DNA from: Lepidodermella squamata
Lineage: Eukaryota; Animalia; Gastrotricha
Reading direction: 5' to 3'
DNA length: 64,000 nt
Assembly (NCBI GenBank): GCA_047495785.1
Contig: JBLDXI010000032.1
Coordinates: 2,790,001-2,854,000, forward strand
In this document: positions 22,107-33,500 of the stretch, piece by piece
How positions within the stretch are numbered: the stretch's first letter is position 1
Layout of the letters: each line of letters starts with the position of its first letter
Position numbers and translations under genes: made by a program
Notes under the pieces: generated by a model
Told to the model about the DNA's origin: nothing
What the model saw: the letters and a program-made list of their open reading frames with translations, nothing else
Database searches by the model: none

Positions 22107-23327
22107 ATGGAAAAATTCCATATTTTATCAGTGATTTTTCAAGTTGTTTTCGCGTATTCTTGCGGCAATGAAACTACGACCTCAGAATTTGTTGTTCCCA
22201 CAAGGAAGAAATCAAGCCCTGCATCATTCATCGCACCGCAAGGCAACATTGATTCCCCGATGGAAGTTCTGGGGAAATGTCCTAATTTCAGCCCTAATCG
22301 AATCACTCCATCTAAGTCGGACACTTTCGATATCCTCAGCTTCTTCGAAATAAATAGCATCACGAGTGTGGATAATGCGATGGAAGAAATCTCTATGACT
22401 GGATTGATGCGATTTTCCTGGTTTTTAGAATGCTCCGATAAGACGGCCTTTCCTAACGAAACTGAAATCAGTCGGTTCCAGGCTGATCCTAATTCGTTCT
22501 GGAAGCCGTCGATAATTTTTCTGAACAGCAGATACCTATCGCTTGAGACAATGTCAAGCCAGTTAACCGTTACGTTCTCGCCGTCTCGGCGCGGCTATGG
22601 CGATCCTCCGTTCTTTTTCAGCTGGCGACTTGTGGGCAATTTTCCGTATTTTTGCAAGCTGAACCTCGAGTACTTCCCAAGCGACGTCCAGCGATGTGAA
22701 GCGGTTTTTCAAACCGAAGAACCTTCAAGTTTGTACAACTTCTCGCGTGTTGCTTATGGGAAGGCTGAATTGATCGCACAAGGCAATTCAGAGTGGCGGT
22801 ACATCGGCTGTGAAGTTCAAGTTCGAAAAGGCTTCGCATTGACCTCGGTAACAAGCTTCGCCATCTCACTAGCGCGAAGGCCCGAGTTCTATTTCACGCA
22901 CATGGTTGTGCCTTGCATAGTCCTAGTCGTGTTGGAAATGTGCTGCTTCGCCTTGCCGTGGGAAACGGCAGAACGGGCCCAGTTTACCATGTCGATCTAT
23001 TTGGCATTCACGTTCATCGAGGCGCAGCTGCTAAATTCTATCCCACAAACATCGCAGCGAATTTTACTGGCTGATTTTCTAGTTTACCAATCGTTCTTTT
23101 CAACGCTAATCACTATTTACGCTTCGGTTTGTTGCCTGATTTGGCGCTTGTTTCCAGCTATATCGAATAGGCTGTATTTCGGTGTTCGATTGAGAATCAT
23201 CGTCGATGCAATCGCCTTCACTTTATGCTTGATCATTGCTGCTTCTGTTATTACGAGTTTCATAACGACTGTTTTCAGTAATCGAAGTGAACCGAAATTG
23301 GTATGTAGCGATACTTCTGCTATATGA
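22107..23327 (+). CDS. Cys-loop LGIC subunit LGIC-7b (identical copy of 17319-18539)
   Basis: Identical translation; lies in the second duplication unit. Confidence 0.9.
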   Translation: MEKFHILSVIFQVVFAYSCGNETTTSEFVVPTRKKSSPASFIAPQGNIDSPMEVLGKCPNFSPNRITPSKSDTFDILSFFEINSITSVDNAMEEISMTGLMRFSWFLECSDKTAFPNETEISRFQADPNSFWKPSIIFLNSRYLSLETMSSQLTVTFSPSRRGYGDPPFFFSWRLVGNFPYFCKLNLEYFPSDVQRCEAVFQTEEPSSLYNFSRVAYGKAELIAQGNSEWRYIGCEVQVRKGFALTSVTSFAISLARRPEFYFTHMVVPCIVLVVLEMCCFALPWETAERAQFTMSIYLAFTFIEAQLLNSIPQTSQRILLADFLVYQSFFSTLITIYASVCCLIWRLFPAISNRLYFGVRLRIIVDAIAFTLCLIIAASVITSFITTVFSNRSEPKLVCSDTSAI

Positions 23328-24102
23328 ATACACCCTTATTCGAAGACCATTCGAAAAAGCTTTGCTCCGTCGGACCTAAATGGCCTGTATTAGGATAAAC
23401 TTTGTCCAATAAATTATTTTACTTAATTTCACAGAAGTCAAAATCTGTGGACTCTTGATTCCCTCGCGGTTGTCTATTTTTTACTTGATTCAATTACCAG
23501 ACCGAATATCATGAAAAATCGTTCGAATAGCTGATCCGTAGAGAAAGGAATGAGCTTTCGAAAGACGCAGCAAAAGCATGTTTGGCGAGAATCTTGCACG
23601 AAAAAATAAAAAAAATCAGATTTTCTTCAGCAACTTTTTAAGGTCGCTTGTGATTTCAAATAATTCGGTCATCCGATACGACAGATACGGTCGTATCGGA
23701 TACGGTCATCCGATTTGACCCAGAAAGTGATACAGGAATCCTTGTGTTTCGGGTCGAAACTCTCCGGAATCACTGTTTTAAAAATAACTTTAATAAAAGC
23801 CGAAATCGATAAAGTTGATCGATGAAAAAAGGCCGGCTATTTTTGAATTCGGAAAAATAGATGTTGTAGCAAGTAATGCCAAATGGATATTCCCGCCGGA
23901 AAGGTTGTAGGATGTTAGGAACGGCGACGAGGTAGCTTTTCCGGTCAAAATACCCCAAACCCGCGGTAAAAGCAGGCAGAATCGAAATCAAGAGGACAAG
24001 CCGATTTTATTTTCCAGTTTATTTTCCTTTTTCTTATTCTATAAAAAAGTACCTATTCAACAATATCTTTGTGCTAATCAGTGCTGAGATAATGAGTCAT
24101 TG

Positions 24103-24961
24103 CTAATTAGAAATCATGCCATTAAGCAAGGAAAATGCTACGACAGCGCCAGCCAGAAGGAAGAAGGTGGCAGAGAAACGGTAACCAGCACAGCAACCTG
24201 GAAATAATAAAATATCATCGATTAAAATCACGGCAATTGAGCCAAATTACGCGTGCAGTTGCAATCGTCGTAGTTACAACAGGCGTCAATGTCCTTATCG
24301 CTTGAGTTGTTGTGTTTTTCACCTGATGAACTGGCACAGTCCGCGTGGCTTGCACAGGATTGAACAGCCACGTCCGTCTCTTGAGTCCATTCGAGCTTGA
24401 AAAATTCAAAATTCTCAGTCAAACTTGGAAAGGTCGTGGATAAAAGCTATCTCTGGTCTTTTAGAGGCTACCTTCAACCAGGATAAACAGTTATAAATAG
24501 CATTTCTAGTTATCTTGCGCAATTAAACTCTCTGAATGGTGCGGCGACAAAACAGCAACTGTGCAGAACAGCGAATGCGACGAAACAGCAAATTTGTTAT
24601 TTCGCGAAATAACAGCGAAAACTTACTGCGTAAAAGATGCATTGTGTTTCTGCTGTTATGTCGCAAATTAAAAAATTTGCTATTATGTCGCGTTTGCTGT
24701 TTTGTGTATTTGCTGTTACGACGGTCTGCGATAATATTCAGAGGGCAAATAACCAAAGCCCTGTAGTTAATTTTGAGCAATCAAATTTAATTGAGATACC
24801 TTGCACATGGTCTTATCGGATGGGCAGCTAATACCCTCAATCTTTTCTATAGCTTGACATTCTTCCAGAGTTCCCGTGCAGACATGGCACGATATCGCCG
24901 AGGTAGCGTCGAATAAAAATACGAAAATAAGGAACACGTAAGAGATCAGTTTGTCGCACAT
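24103..24961 (-). CDS. Ly6/three-finger protein Ly6-1b (identical copy of 19315-20173)
   Basis: Same exons shifted by +4788. Confidence 0.85.
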
Positions 24962-25875
24962 TGGTATATAGGTTCGAGAATATTTAATTGATTGAGTGTA
25001 TTGTGACAGATAATGAAAAAGTGAACAAAAACTAGAGCTCATTTATCGTTTAGCGCTTTATCGTTGAGACGGCCTTTCTGAACACGTGCTTTCCTACGAT
25101 CTTCCGCGCCAAAAATATCACACATGACGCGTTCGAAAATAGATGGCATTCCTTGGGAAATGCTTTGAATTTTGTGACATGTGGTCGCGTGCCTTCATCT
25201 GGGTATCACTATATTTATACAACTGTAACTGCCTCTACAAAAAAAGCTTCAGTACGAACAAAAATTAAAACTGGCTTGAATTTTCCTAGATAATCGCCGT
25301 TGAAGCTGGTTGCAATCGGGTTTGAAAGGTAGGCAAGATGGAAACATATAAAAATACCGATTCTATTGCCAGAATTTGTTTGTCAATTTCAAGGTTCAAG
25401 CCTGTCTACTTTGCTGTAGACTTAGTGGAACTAGCGAATTTTCCCAATTGGTCGAAAAATTTGAAACATAATTGATTGCTCAAAAAAGATCCAGGGAAGC
25501 ATTCATTTCATTTTTTTCCACGATTAACGATTACATTTTCAAGCATAAGTATGCTTTAGCTCGTCTTCTAAAAATAATATTAACCAATCTAAACATTTTG
25601 GATTCACCGGTTCCACTAAATAACCTCGATATTTCCGGTTCTTCTTTCTTTATTATAGAGTTTGGAATTTAAGGGCAACTTGTTAAGTTTTCCGCTCGTT
25701 TCATCGCGATAAAATGTGCGATATTTGAAAATGCTTTCGATGAACCTCAGAACAGCTGCCGATTTCTTCAACAAAATTTGAATAATTACATTCAACAATT
25801 TATTTATTATAGTCACCAATCCTCATTTCGAATGTTATTATAAAGTCAGCTTTGCAGGTTGGCTATCTATATAGG

Positions 25876-26380
25876 TTACAATAGCACAAAGATGGCGACA
25901 GTGACACCCATTAGGAATCCAGTGGCCGAAGTACGGTGGCCAGAACCGCAGGCTGTTAATAAATAAAATCAATCACTCTTTCCGGAAATTATCAATAATA
26001 CTACATACTGTGCTGATACAAGCAGTTGCAGCCGTCGTAATTACAACAGGAGTTGATGTCGCTTGTTGATTTGTCGGTCGCCTCGGCAGCTGGCTCGATA
26101 ACCTCGCGTTTCTGAACTGGCTGCGAGGGACATTCGGCAACGTTGGCACACGCTTGAACAATTGAGCCAGTTGCAGCGGTCCATTCCAGCTTAAAACGAA
26201 CGTCAAAATAGAAAAAGTGGTGAATCGAATTGAAATGAGTACCTTGCACATGGTTTTATCGGACGGGCAGCCGGCCATTTTTACAGCGGCACATTCCTCT
26301 GTTGTTCCGGTGCAGATAAAGCACTGAATGGCCGAAGCAGTGCTAAAAAGCAAACAACTAGCAATCAAGTATGAGATCAT
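25876..26380 (-). CDS. Ly6/three-finger protein, probably GPI-anchored, 3 exons; Ly6-2
   Basis: MISYLIASCLLFSTASAIQCFICTG..C..CPSDKTMCK|LEWTAATGSIVQAC..C..CCNYDGCNCLYQH|TCGSGHRTSATGFLMGVTVAIFVLL*. Same intron phases (0 and 1) as Ly6-1. Confidence 0.87.
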
Positions 26381-27041
26381 TTTCTGCGTTGAAGTTCAAT
26401 AAGTTATTGACGATAGAGTATAACTGTTATTGTTGTGAAAATGAAAAATCAAAGGGCGTATTATAGGCTGATTTGTTTGTTTGGTATGGCTTGTTTTGAA
26501 CAGCACCTAAGTTGAGGCCACGAGGCAGACGTTTGTTCTGTCTTCATAAGAACATCTCTGCAAAATATCACACACCTGGGACCTTTTACCAACGAATTTT
26601 AAGGTTTATTACGAATTTTATTTCCGAGCATTTTCAAGCTCATTGCATGCATTTCAAAAATACCTACCTAAAAATGACAGTATATGGTACCTCTTTCCTA
26701 TATAAAATAAAATTCAATGTATCCAGGCTAAAACTGAGAAGATCAGCGATATTTCCAACTCGCCGCTTTTAAAATACGAAGAATCTTGATTCTGACGTAT
26801 AAGAGAGGAGAAGGAATTGCAGATGAATTCGAAATTCGGAACCAAAGTCGATTCGTTAATAAGTGCCCATGTTTACTTAGCATTAGGATTCGGTAAACAT
26901 TTTCACTCAAAATCCTGCAAATAGAGCTAGTTTACATAAAATAGAAATACGAGTAGTGCTAATATTTTTACACAAGAAAGTAAGATAAATGCCTTTTCTT
27001 GGTTTGTACCGTTTTGAGCTTTATTAACATCAACGTTACGC

Positions 27042-28172
27042 ATGTTTGGTTTCATCCTAATTTCAGGGTTACTATCTGGAGGTAGTGCAGCTGAACCCAC
27101 CGTGTTAAAGCCACGAACCACCCCGTTCTATGAAATATCGGACCTGCTAACTTATTGTCCTAATTTATCCCCGACCAGGATGCAGCCTCAAGATGCGCCT
27201 GTCCTAATGGACTTGCGAATAGAACTCTACAGCTTCGATGGCCTGGATAGCACTGCAGAAATCATCTCTGTCACCGGCATATTACAATTTGTCTGGAAAG
27301 TGAAATGCTCGAATTGGGAACTGCTGAGCAACCTAACGACCGGAAGCTTGTTTTACATTGAACCGCCATCGGCAGTTTGGCGCCCAAAAGTGTTGCTATT
27401 AAATGGCCAACAAGTAGTGCTAACAAACGGCTACTACGCCGAACAGGTCAGGGTCACCCACGTTCATACTTATGGCACTGAGCTCCTCTTCACGTGGGAT
27501 ATTCGCGGTAGATTCGATTACAAATGTCCGTTGAATTTATACAAATTTCCCGGTGATTCGCAGAAATGCAAAGCCATATTCCAAACGGGGGAAAATGCGA
27601 TGGTTAATAAATTTATATCCTTCACCACTTACTTGACGCCTTACTTTACGAGCGATAAAGCTGAGTGGAATTTCATCTCGACAAATGCGACAATTCGGCC
27701 TGGTCCCGCGTTGATGCCGCAAGCTATTTACACGATTGTAATATCTCGAAAATCTGGCTTCTACGTCACTCATCTCCTCACGCCGTGTTTCATCTTGGCG
27801 ATCATGGAAATGTGCAGCTTCGGTCTACCGCCCGACACGGCTGAAAGAACGACTTATACTATGACAATATATCTCGCCTTTGCTGTTCTCGAATCTCAGT
27901 TGGTCAGTATGATCCCACGAACTTCGGAACGAATGCTACTCGTCGACTACATCGTATTTCAAGCGGTCTTTTCAATGGTTTGCACTATTTACAGCACGAC
28001 TATGTGCATGTTCATCAACTACTGGCCAGACATGGCTGATCGCGAGGTTGACCTGGCGAAATATTACAAATTTAGACTCAGATCTATCATCGACTTGGTT
28101 GCCGTCGTCATTTTCTTCGTGGTCCTGGCCGGCACCACCGCCTCTTACTTACAAGACATTTTGGTCCAGTGA
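27042..28172 (+). CDS. Divergent Cys-loop LGIC subunit, intronless; LGIC-8 (close paralog of LGIC-4)
   Basis: Cys-loop CPLNLYKFPGDSQKC; collinear with and highly similar to 13015-14145. Confidence 0.9.
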   Translation: MFGFILISGLLSGGSAAEPTVLKPRTTPFYEISDLLTYCPNLSPTRMQPQDAPVLMDLRIELYSFDGLDSTAEIISVTGILQFVWKVKCSNWELLSNLTTGSLFYIEPPSAVWRPKVLLLNGQQVVLTNGYYAEQVRVTHVHTYGTELLFTWDIRGRFDYKCPLNLYKFPGDSQKCKAIFQTGENAMVNKFISFTTYLTPYFTSDKAEWNFISTNATIRPGPALMPQAIYTIVISRKSGFYVTHLLTPCFILAIMEMCSFGLPPDTAERTTYTMTIYLAFAVLESQLVSMIPRTSERMLLVDYIVFQAVFSMVCTIYSTTMCMFINYWPDMADREVDLAKYYKFRLRSIIDLVAVVIFFVVLAGTTASYLQDILVQ

Positions 28173-28678
28173 TTTTTAATGCCTGTAACTTTCGATAACT
28201 GTTAAGAAATCGGTGAAATCCGTTCACTTCAAATTATATTTCCGAGCATTTTCATGTCTAAGTAGCGTTTTTTGCACGCATTTAAAAAAAATAACTAATA
28301 AATGATAAGGTTTTTCTGTATTATTAGAAAGATTTCGTCAAAATAAGCCATGTTCTTCCCTAAATCAGTGACATTCAACATATCCAAGCCAGTTCGACGG
28401 GGAGCGGCTATATTTTCAACGTTCGAGGCCTCACGCTTCACAATTACAATGTATCTTGATTTTGAGGCATAATGATCGGGAAAAAATTGCATGTATTCAA
28501 ACAATCAAAAGTCGAATTTAGAAAGAATTCGATTCGTTAACAAGTGCCAATGTTTACCCGGCATTATCGCGGTACAGGGTTCGGTAAAACATGTTTTGCT
28601 CAAACTCCTAATTTATATAGACATTCTATGAAACATCACGGATAGTCTTAATTTTTTTACGCAAGGAAGCATATAAAG

Positions 28679-29884
28679 ATGCGCGTTTTTACCCTAACGG
28701 TTTTGGCTTCAGTCCTTAGTGCGAACTTTTCATACGCTGATTCGATTGTCACCTCTGGAAATGATACAGAAATTCGAGCGGTCGACAGACCTACCCCGGC
28801 CAAACCGCCCAGTCCTGCATCTTTTTTTCTGCCCCAAGGTAATATTCACTCTCATCGCCAGTTATTGGACCAGTGCCCAAACTTCAGTCCTGAAAGAATC
28901 AGTCTGTCAAACTCGGATACAATTCAAATCGAAGCTTTCTTTGAAATGTCGAACCTCACCGGAATCGAAGACGCCATGGAAGAAATATCAATGACGGGGA
29001 AGATTAGTTTTTCTTGGAAAGCCGATTGCTCCAATGCCACGGCCTTTTCAGACGAAACCCAAGGAAGTAAATTTCGCACAGACCCAGCTAATTTATGGCG
29101 ACCGACTGTGACATTCCTAAACAGCAGATCAATGACATTTCACGAGATGGCGGAAAGTTTACTCGTTACTTTCATTATCAACAAAAAGAAGGATAGGTTC
29201 GTTTTTCAATGGCAGTTGTTGGGAAATTTGAGGTTCTTCTGCAAACTCAAACTTGAAATTTTCCCAAGCGATGTCCAGCAATGCGAGGCGATTTTTCAAA
29301 CTGATGAACCTGCTGCTATCTACAACTTTTCCTCCGTCCACTACGGTGATACTAGGCTGATCGAAGCTGGCGATACAGAGTGGCGATTCATCAAAGCTAC
29401 AGCAACCCGCCGTAATGGCTACGCCACTACGTCAATCGCAAGTTTCACAGTTGTTTTGGCGCGACGGCCGCAATTCTACGTTGCTCACATGATTGTCCCT
29501 TGTATTGTCTTAGTCGTCTTGGAAATGTGTTGCTTCGCCCTGCCGTGGAAAACAGCTGAACGAGCGCTGTTTACCATGTCGATTTACCTGGCGTTCACCT
29601 TTGTGGAGTCGCAACTCCTTAATATTATCCCACGCACGTCACAACGCGTTTTGCTGGCAGACTACCTCATGTACCAGTCTGTGTTTTCGATGATTATCAC
29701 TATTTATTCAGCATTAGGATGCCTGGTTTGGCGGTTGGTTCGGTATAAATCGCGAAAAAGAATAATATGGAATTTGCATATTCGACATGTCGTTGATTTA
29801 ATTGCTTTTCTGTTATCCTTGGTAGCAGCAATTTCTGCTAATATCTACTTTCTTATGGCAATATTCTCAGTTCAAGAAAGTTAA
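28679..29884 (+). CDS. Divergent Cys-loop LGIC subunit, intronless; LGIC-9 (related to LGIC-7)
   Basis: Cys-loop CKLKLEIFPSDVQQC, M1-M2 CFALPWKTAERALFTMSIYLAF. Confidence 0.9.
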   Translation: MRVFTLTVLASVLSANFSYADSIVTSGNDTEIRAVDRPTPAKPPSPASFFLPQGNIHSHRQLLDQCPNFSPERISLSNSDTIQIEAFFEMSNLTGIEDAMEEISMTGKISFSWKADCSNATAFSDETQGSKFRTDPANLWRPTVTFLNSRSMTFHEMAESLLVTFIINKKKDRFVFQWQLLGNLRFFCKLKLEIFPSDVQQCEAIFQTDEPAAIYNFSSVHYGDTRLIEAGDTEWRFIKATATRRNGYATTSIASFTVVLARRPQFYVAHMIVPCIVLVVLEMCCFALPWKTAERALFTMSIYLAFTFVESQLLNIIPRTSQRVLLADYLMYQSVFSMIITIYSALGCLVWRLVRYKSRKRIIWNLHIRHVVDLIAFLLSLVAAISANIYFLMAIFSVQES

Positions 29885-29994
29885 GATATTTAGAGTTGAT
29901 AATAAATAATACTTCCGCCAAAATAGACTTGAAATATGAGTTCAAAGTTCCAAGTTTTCGCATCGATCTCAGCTTCAAAATGATGAAATCCTCA

Positions 29995-30085
29995 CAAGTG
30001 AAAAGTGGGGGTTGCCGAAATTTTTTACATCGTGAGATGCCGCTTTCAACTTTCAAGATCAATGAATGAAAAGTCGAACGATATT
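29995..30085. repeat. Partial copy of the TIR element family found at 45006-45578 and 48552-48996
   Basis: caagtgaaaagtgggggttgccgaaattttttacatcgtgagat...aagtcgaacgatat aligns by eye with one end of those elements. Confidence 0.65.
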
Positions 30086-30550
30086 TTTAAATTTAAATTT
30101 TAAATTTAACTAAGGTCTCTGAGGAGTCTCTTGGCCGAGACGAAACGTATACGTCAGACTAGCCATAATGATTAAATTTTAAAAAGAAATCCTTAATTAT
30201 GGTGTTGCTGTCATAATCGAACTAATAAAAGGTAAATAAAGTCCGTATTTTTTGTAAAATTTTCAACACAACTGTTGATAGGTTGGGCATCGCCTCTGTT
30301 GTAATAGCGAAGCCGATTTGCGATTCATGAATGCCATTTAATCGTTAAAATTCAACGTAATAATTTCACGTGTCGCACGTTATCGACCAATTTGCACCTC
30401 TGTACCACCATCAGTGCGGTCGCCAAGGCTGCGAAGCTTCGATCGTTTGAGCAAAAAAAAAACTGTCATTGCAAAGTTGATCGATCCTACTGTTTTCCCG
30501 ACAGTGAAATAATGCTTATATAGGATTAAAACACCCTTGCTGTACTAAAG

Positions 30551-33500
30551 ATGGCAACTTTCGAGTTTCACCCCAACGATGTAAGTTAAAATGTCATTAT
30601 CTCGAAGCAAATTACACTAAGGATTCATTTTTCAAGACTCCGGAGGAACGAGTCGCTCGATACATCGCAGAGAAGAACTTCACCCTAAAAAAATGCCAGC
30701 GCTACGTGAAAATAAAACCAGAGGATCGCAGAAAACCTGAGTGCAAATTTTTTAAGGAGTATGTTTTAAAAAATTATTAAAATTATTTACGACATCATTT
30801 TCGCCTATATTAGGGACGATTGCGTTTGTGGCCAATCAGTAACGTGGCACCTCAAAAATCGAGCATTCAACAAAGGCACAAAATCTGAAGAATGGTCAGC
30901 TCAGAAAGACACCGGGCCTGTTCCATGTGACACATTCGGCGAGCTGGTTTTCCGAGCCGGTCTCGGCTTCGACAACTCGCAGATCGTACCAGGCGCCCGC
31001 GCGAAATATATCCGCATCGAGCATAAGCAAACGCACGCCGATGCTTACTTCGAAGACATCTTCACGCTAATGACAGATCGCAACCTATGGGGCCTACCCG
31101 TGCCGCATTTGATCATCGAAGTTACCGGATCGGCTAAACCGCTGCCACATGTCGACCAGCAGGCGATTGAAAAATTCAACTCGGGCATCATCGCCGCTGC
31201 GAAAAGCGCTAATGCTTGGATAGTAACCGGCGGGTCGAATTGCGGGGTCATGAAATTATGCGGCGAGGCGGTTACTAAAGCGAGAATGACCCATTTAGAC
31301 AAGGTTATACCTTGTATAGGAATAGTCAGCTGGGGTGTAATCAATCACCGAGAAGCCCTTATTGGAGTTTCGGACGATAGCAGCTACCCCCAGCTCGGCA
31401 ATAGATCCCCCAATCCAGGTTCTCCGAATGTCAACAGCCCGCAATTGGGTGGTTCGAAAAATTTAACCGTCGAATTGGTGGGCCGGCGAAAAAGATCCCC
31501 GTCTGAGAACTCGAATAATTCCTATGCGGCTGAGGTTGTAGGAAAATGGCCGGCAGACTATATTGTCGATCGGCAAACTTCTGATATGGACGAGCCATCG
31601 CTAGACCCTGGCCATTCCGCTTTTCTGTTTGTCGATAATGGCCGTGAGAAACTCTACGGGCAAGAAATTGAATTTCGCGCTGAATTTTTGCATTTTCTAT
31701 CGAAGAAAAGCATCAAAGCTCAGTTGAAAGAGTCAGGCGCCGGGTTATCGAGGACGCCGCTTGTTCTTGTTGTAATAGGAGGGGGTCCTAATACCCTAGA
31801 GACAGTCGAGATTTCGACATCTGGCAAGCATGGCGAGCCGACTTCGAAGCCGCCCCATGGTCATCATTCGAAAAAGGAGGGTAAAAAAGAATCGAAAGCC
31901 GAGAAGTCTTGGTCAGCCCGGCCTGTCGTAATTTTGCCTGGTTTCGGCGGCGCGGCTGATGTGTTGGCGTTTGCTTATGCGATAACAACGCCGGCGGAAG
32001 ATCACGATTCAAGGCTGTACCGAACGTCGGTTTCGTCGAATAATGACGAAGGTGGGGAAATCAGCGAATTTCCGCCTGATTTCGACCTTCGCGTTATGAA
32101 ACACCCTGCTTTCAAGCGCATGTGCCTGCATTCGGCTGATGGCAAGGACGACGAGGAGAATGCGCGGCTTTTGAAGCAAATTCGAGCATGTCTCGACAGG
32201 CGTAATATGGTAAGCCATATTTTTCATAAAATTCCGGCACTTCAAGCTATTAATGATCTTTGATTTATTGATTCGTAGCGTTTTCAATTAAATTATCATT
32301 ATTTAAATTCCAAATTAAACTGAGCCATGAGTCACAAGTTAAGGTGTTAGAAAAGCATGATGAAAGCGACAGCGGAACATAGGAGCAAAACAGGGGCAGA
32401 TAGGCGGTGGGCTGCGCCGTCCTTACCTTTGCACTGAATTTCGCCTGAAAATCGAATAAATTCGTTAGGTGGGATTTGTTTCAAAAATATCAGGCACATA
32501 CCGACACAGTTGCAGCCGTCGTAATTGCAACATGTGGAAATGTCAGCGCTTGATGAGCGATCGGCTGACATAATCGTACGGCCTAGGGCATCGCGTTTAG
32601 ATATCGGCTCGGCGGGGCAATCTGCGGGGCTGGCACAAATTTGATCAGCCAAGTTCGTCGCAGCAGTCCATTCGAGCTGAAATCAAATTAGAAAAAATAG
32701 ACTTATCAAATGAAGAATTTTATGCTATTATTAGTTTTTGCGGGAAAATGTGGCACCAGAAATCGGTCAATCAATCGATCACCACAAAATTCCCGTAAGT
32801 GGGGTGAAGGGTGAATATAGAAAATCGGGTCATTTTTATCATTAAGGTTAGGGCCCTGTGAGTATCCTAATTCAAAGATTTCCAAAATTTATCTGAATTT
32901 ATGCGAATGATTTTTTTCGATTTTTGAGCCATAAAATGCTGGTGCTAGAAAATGCTATGAAATAGTTACCTTGCACATGGGCTTTTCAGACGGGCAGTTT
33001 TTCATTATTCCTGTTTGACATTTCTCAGGTGTATCAGTGCAGACGTAGCATTGTATCGCTGAAGCTGTCCCGAAGAGGAAGCAACAGATTAAGAAATACG
33101 TGATCATATTCATTTCCAAATTCTTCTGAGATTAAACTAGTTTTAAAAGAGTGCTATGTTGGAGCTTTCGATTTGCTGGTTTAAGTACTAAAAAATTTCA
33201 GTCGCGTGCCGTATATCGAGCACGGGTCCTACTCATCCATTCACCTGACGCTCAAGGGCATGTCGCGGGAAAAGTTTTGAAATCTGGCACCAATCACCCG
33301 AGTTTAGCTTCTTTCTTAGCTAACTTAAATTTTAAAACGTCCCAAAGCATCGCGATCAATAGCTTCAGGGATCTCGCAATAAGCTACATCTAGCCTGTTT
33401 CTAATAGGCCCATTTATATGAAATCTTGTATTTTTGTTGAACGCAAACCAATTTCATCATTGAGTTAGCTTTTATTCATTGTGTTTTTAATAAATCTGTT

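Larger units (their letters stand above)
15969..25542. repeat. Recent tandem duplication, 4788-bp period (15969-20754 and 20757-25542)
   Basis: Every ORF in the first copy recurs at +4788 with an identical translation. The coding, intronic and intergenic DNA I compared by eye matches. Two extra bases (tc, 20755-20756) lie at the junction. Confidence 0.97.
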
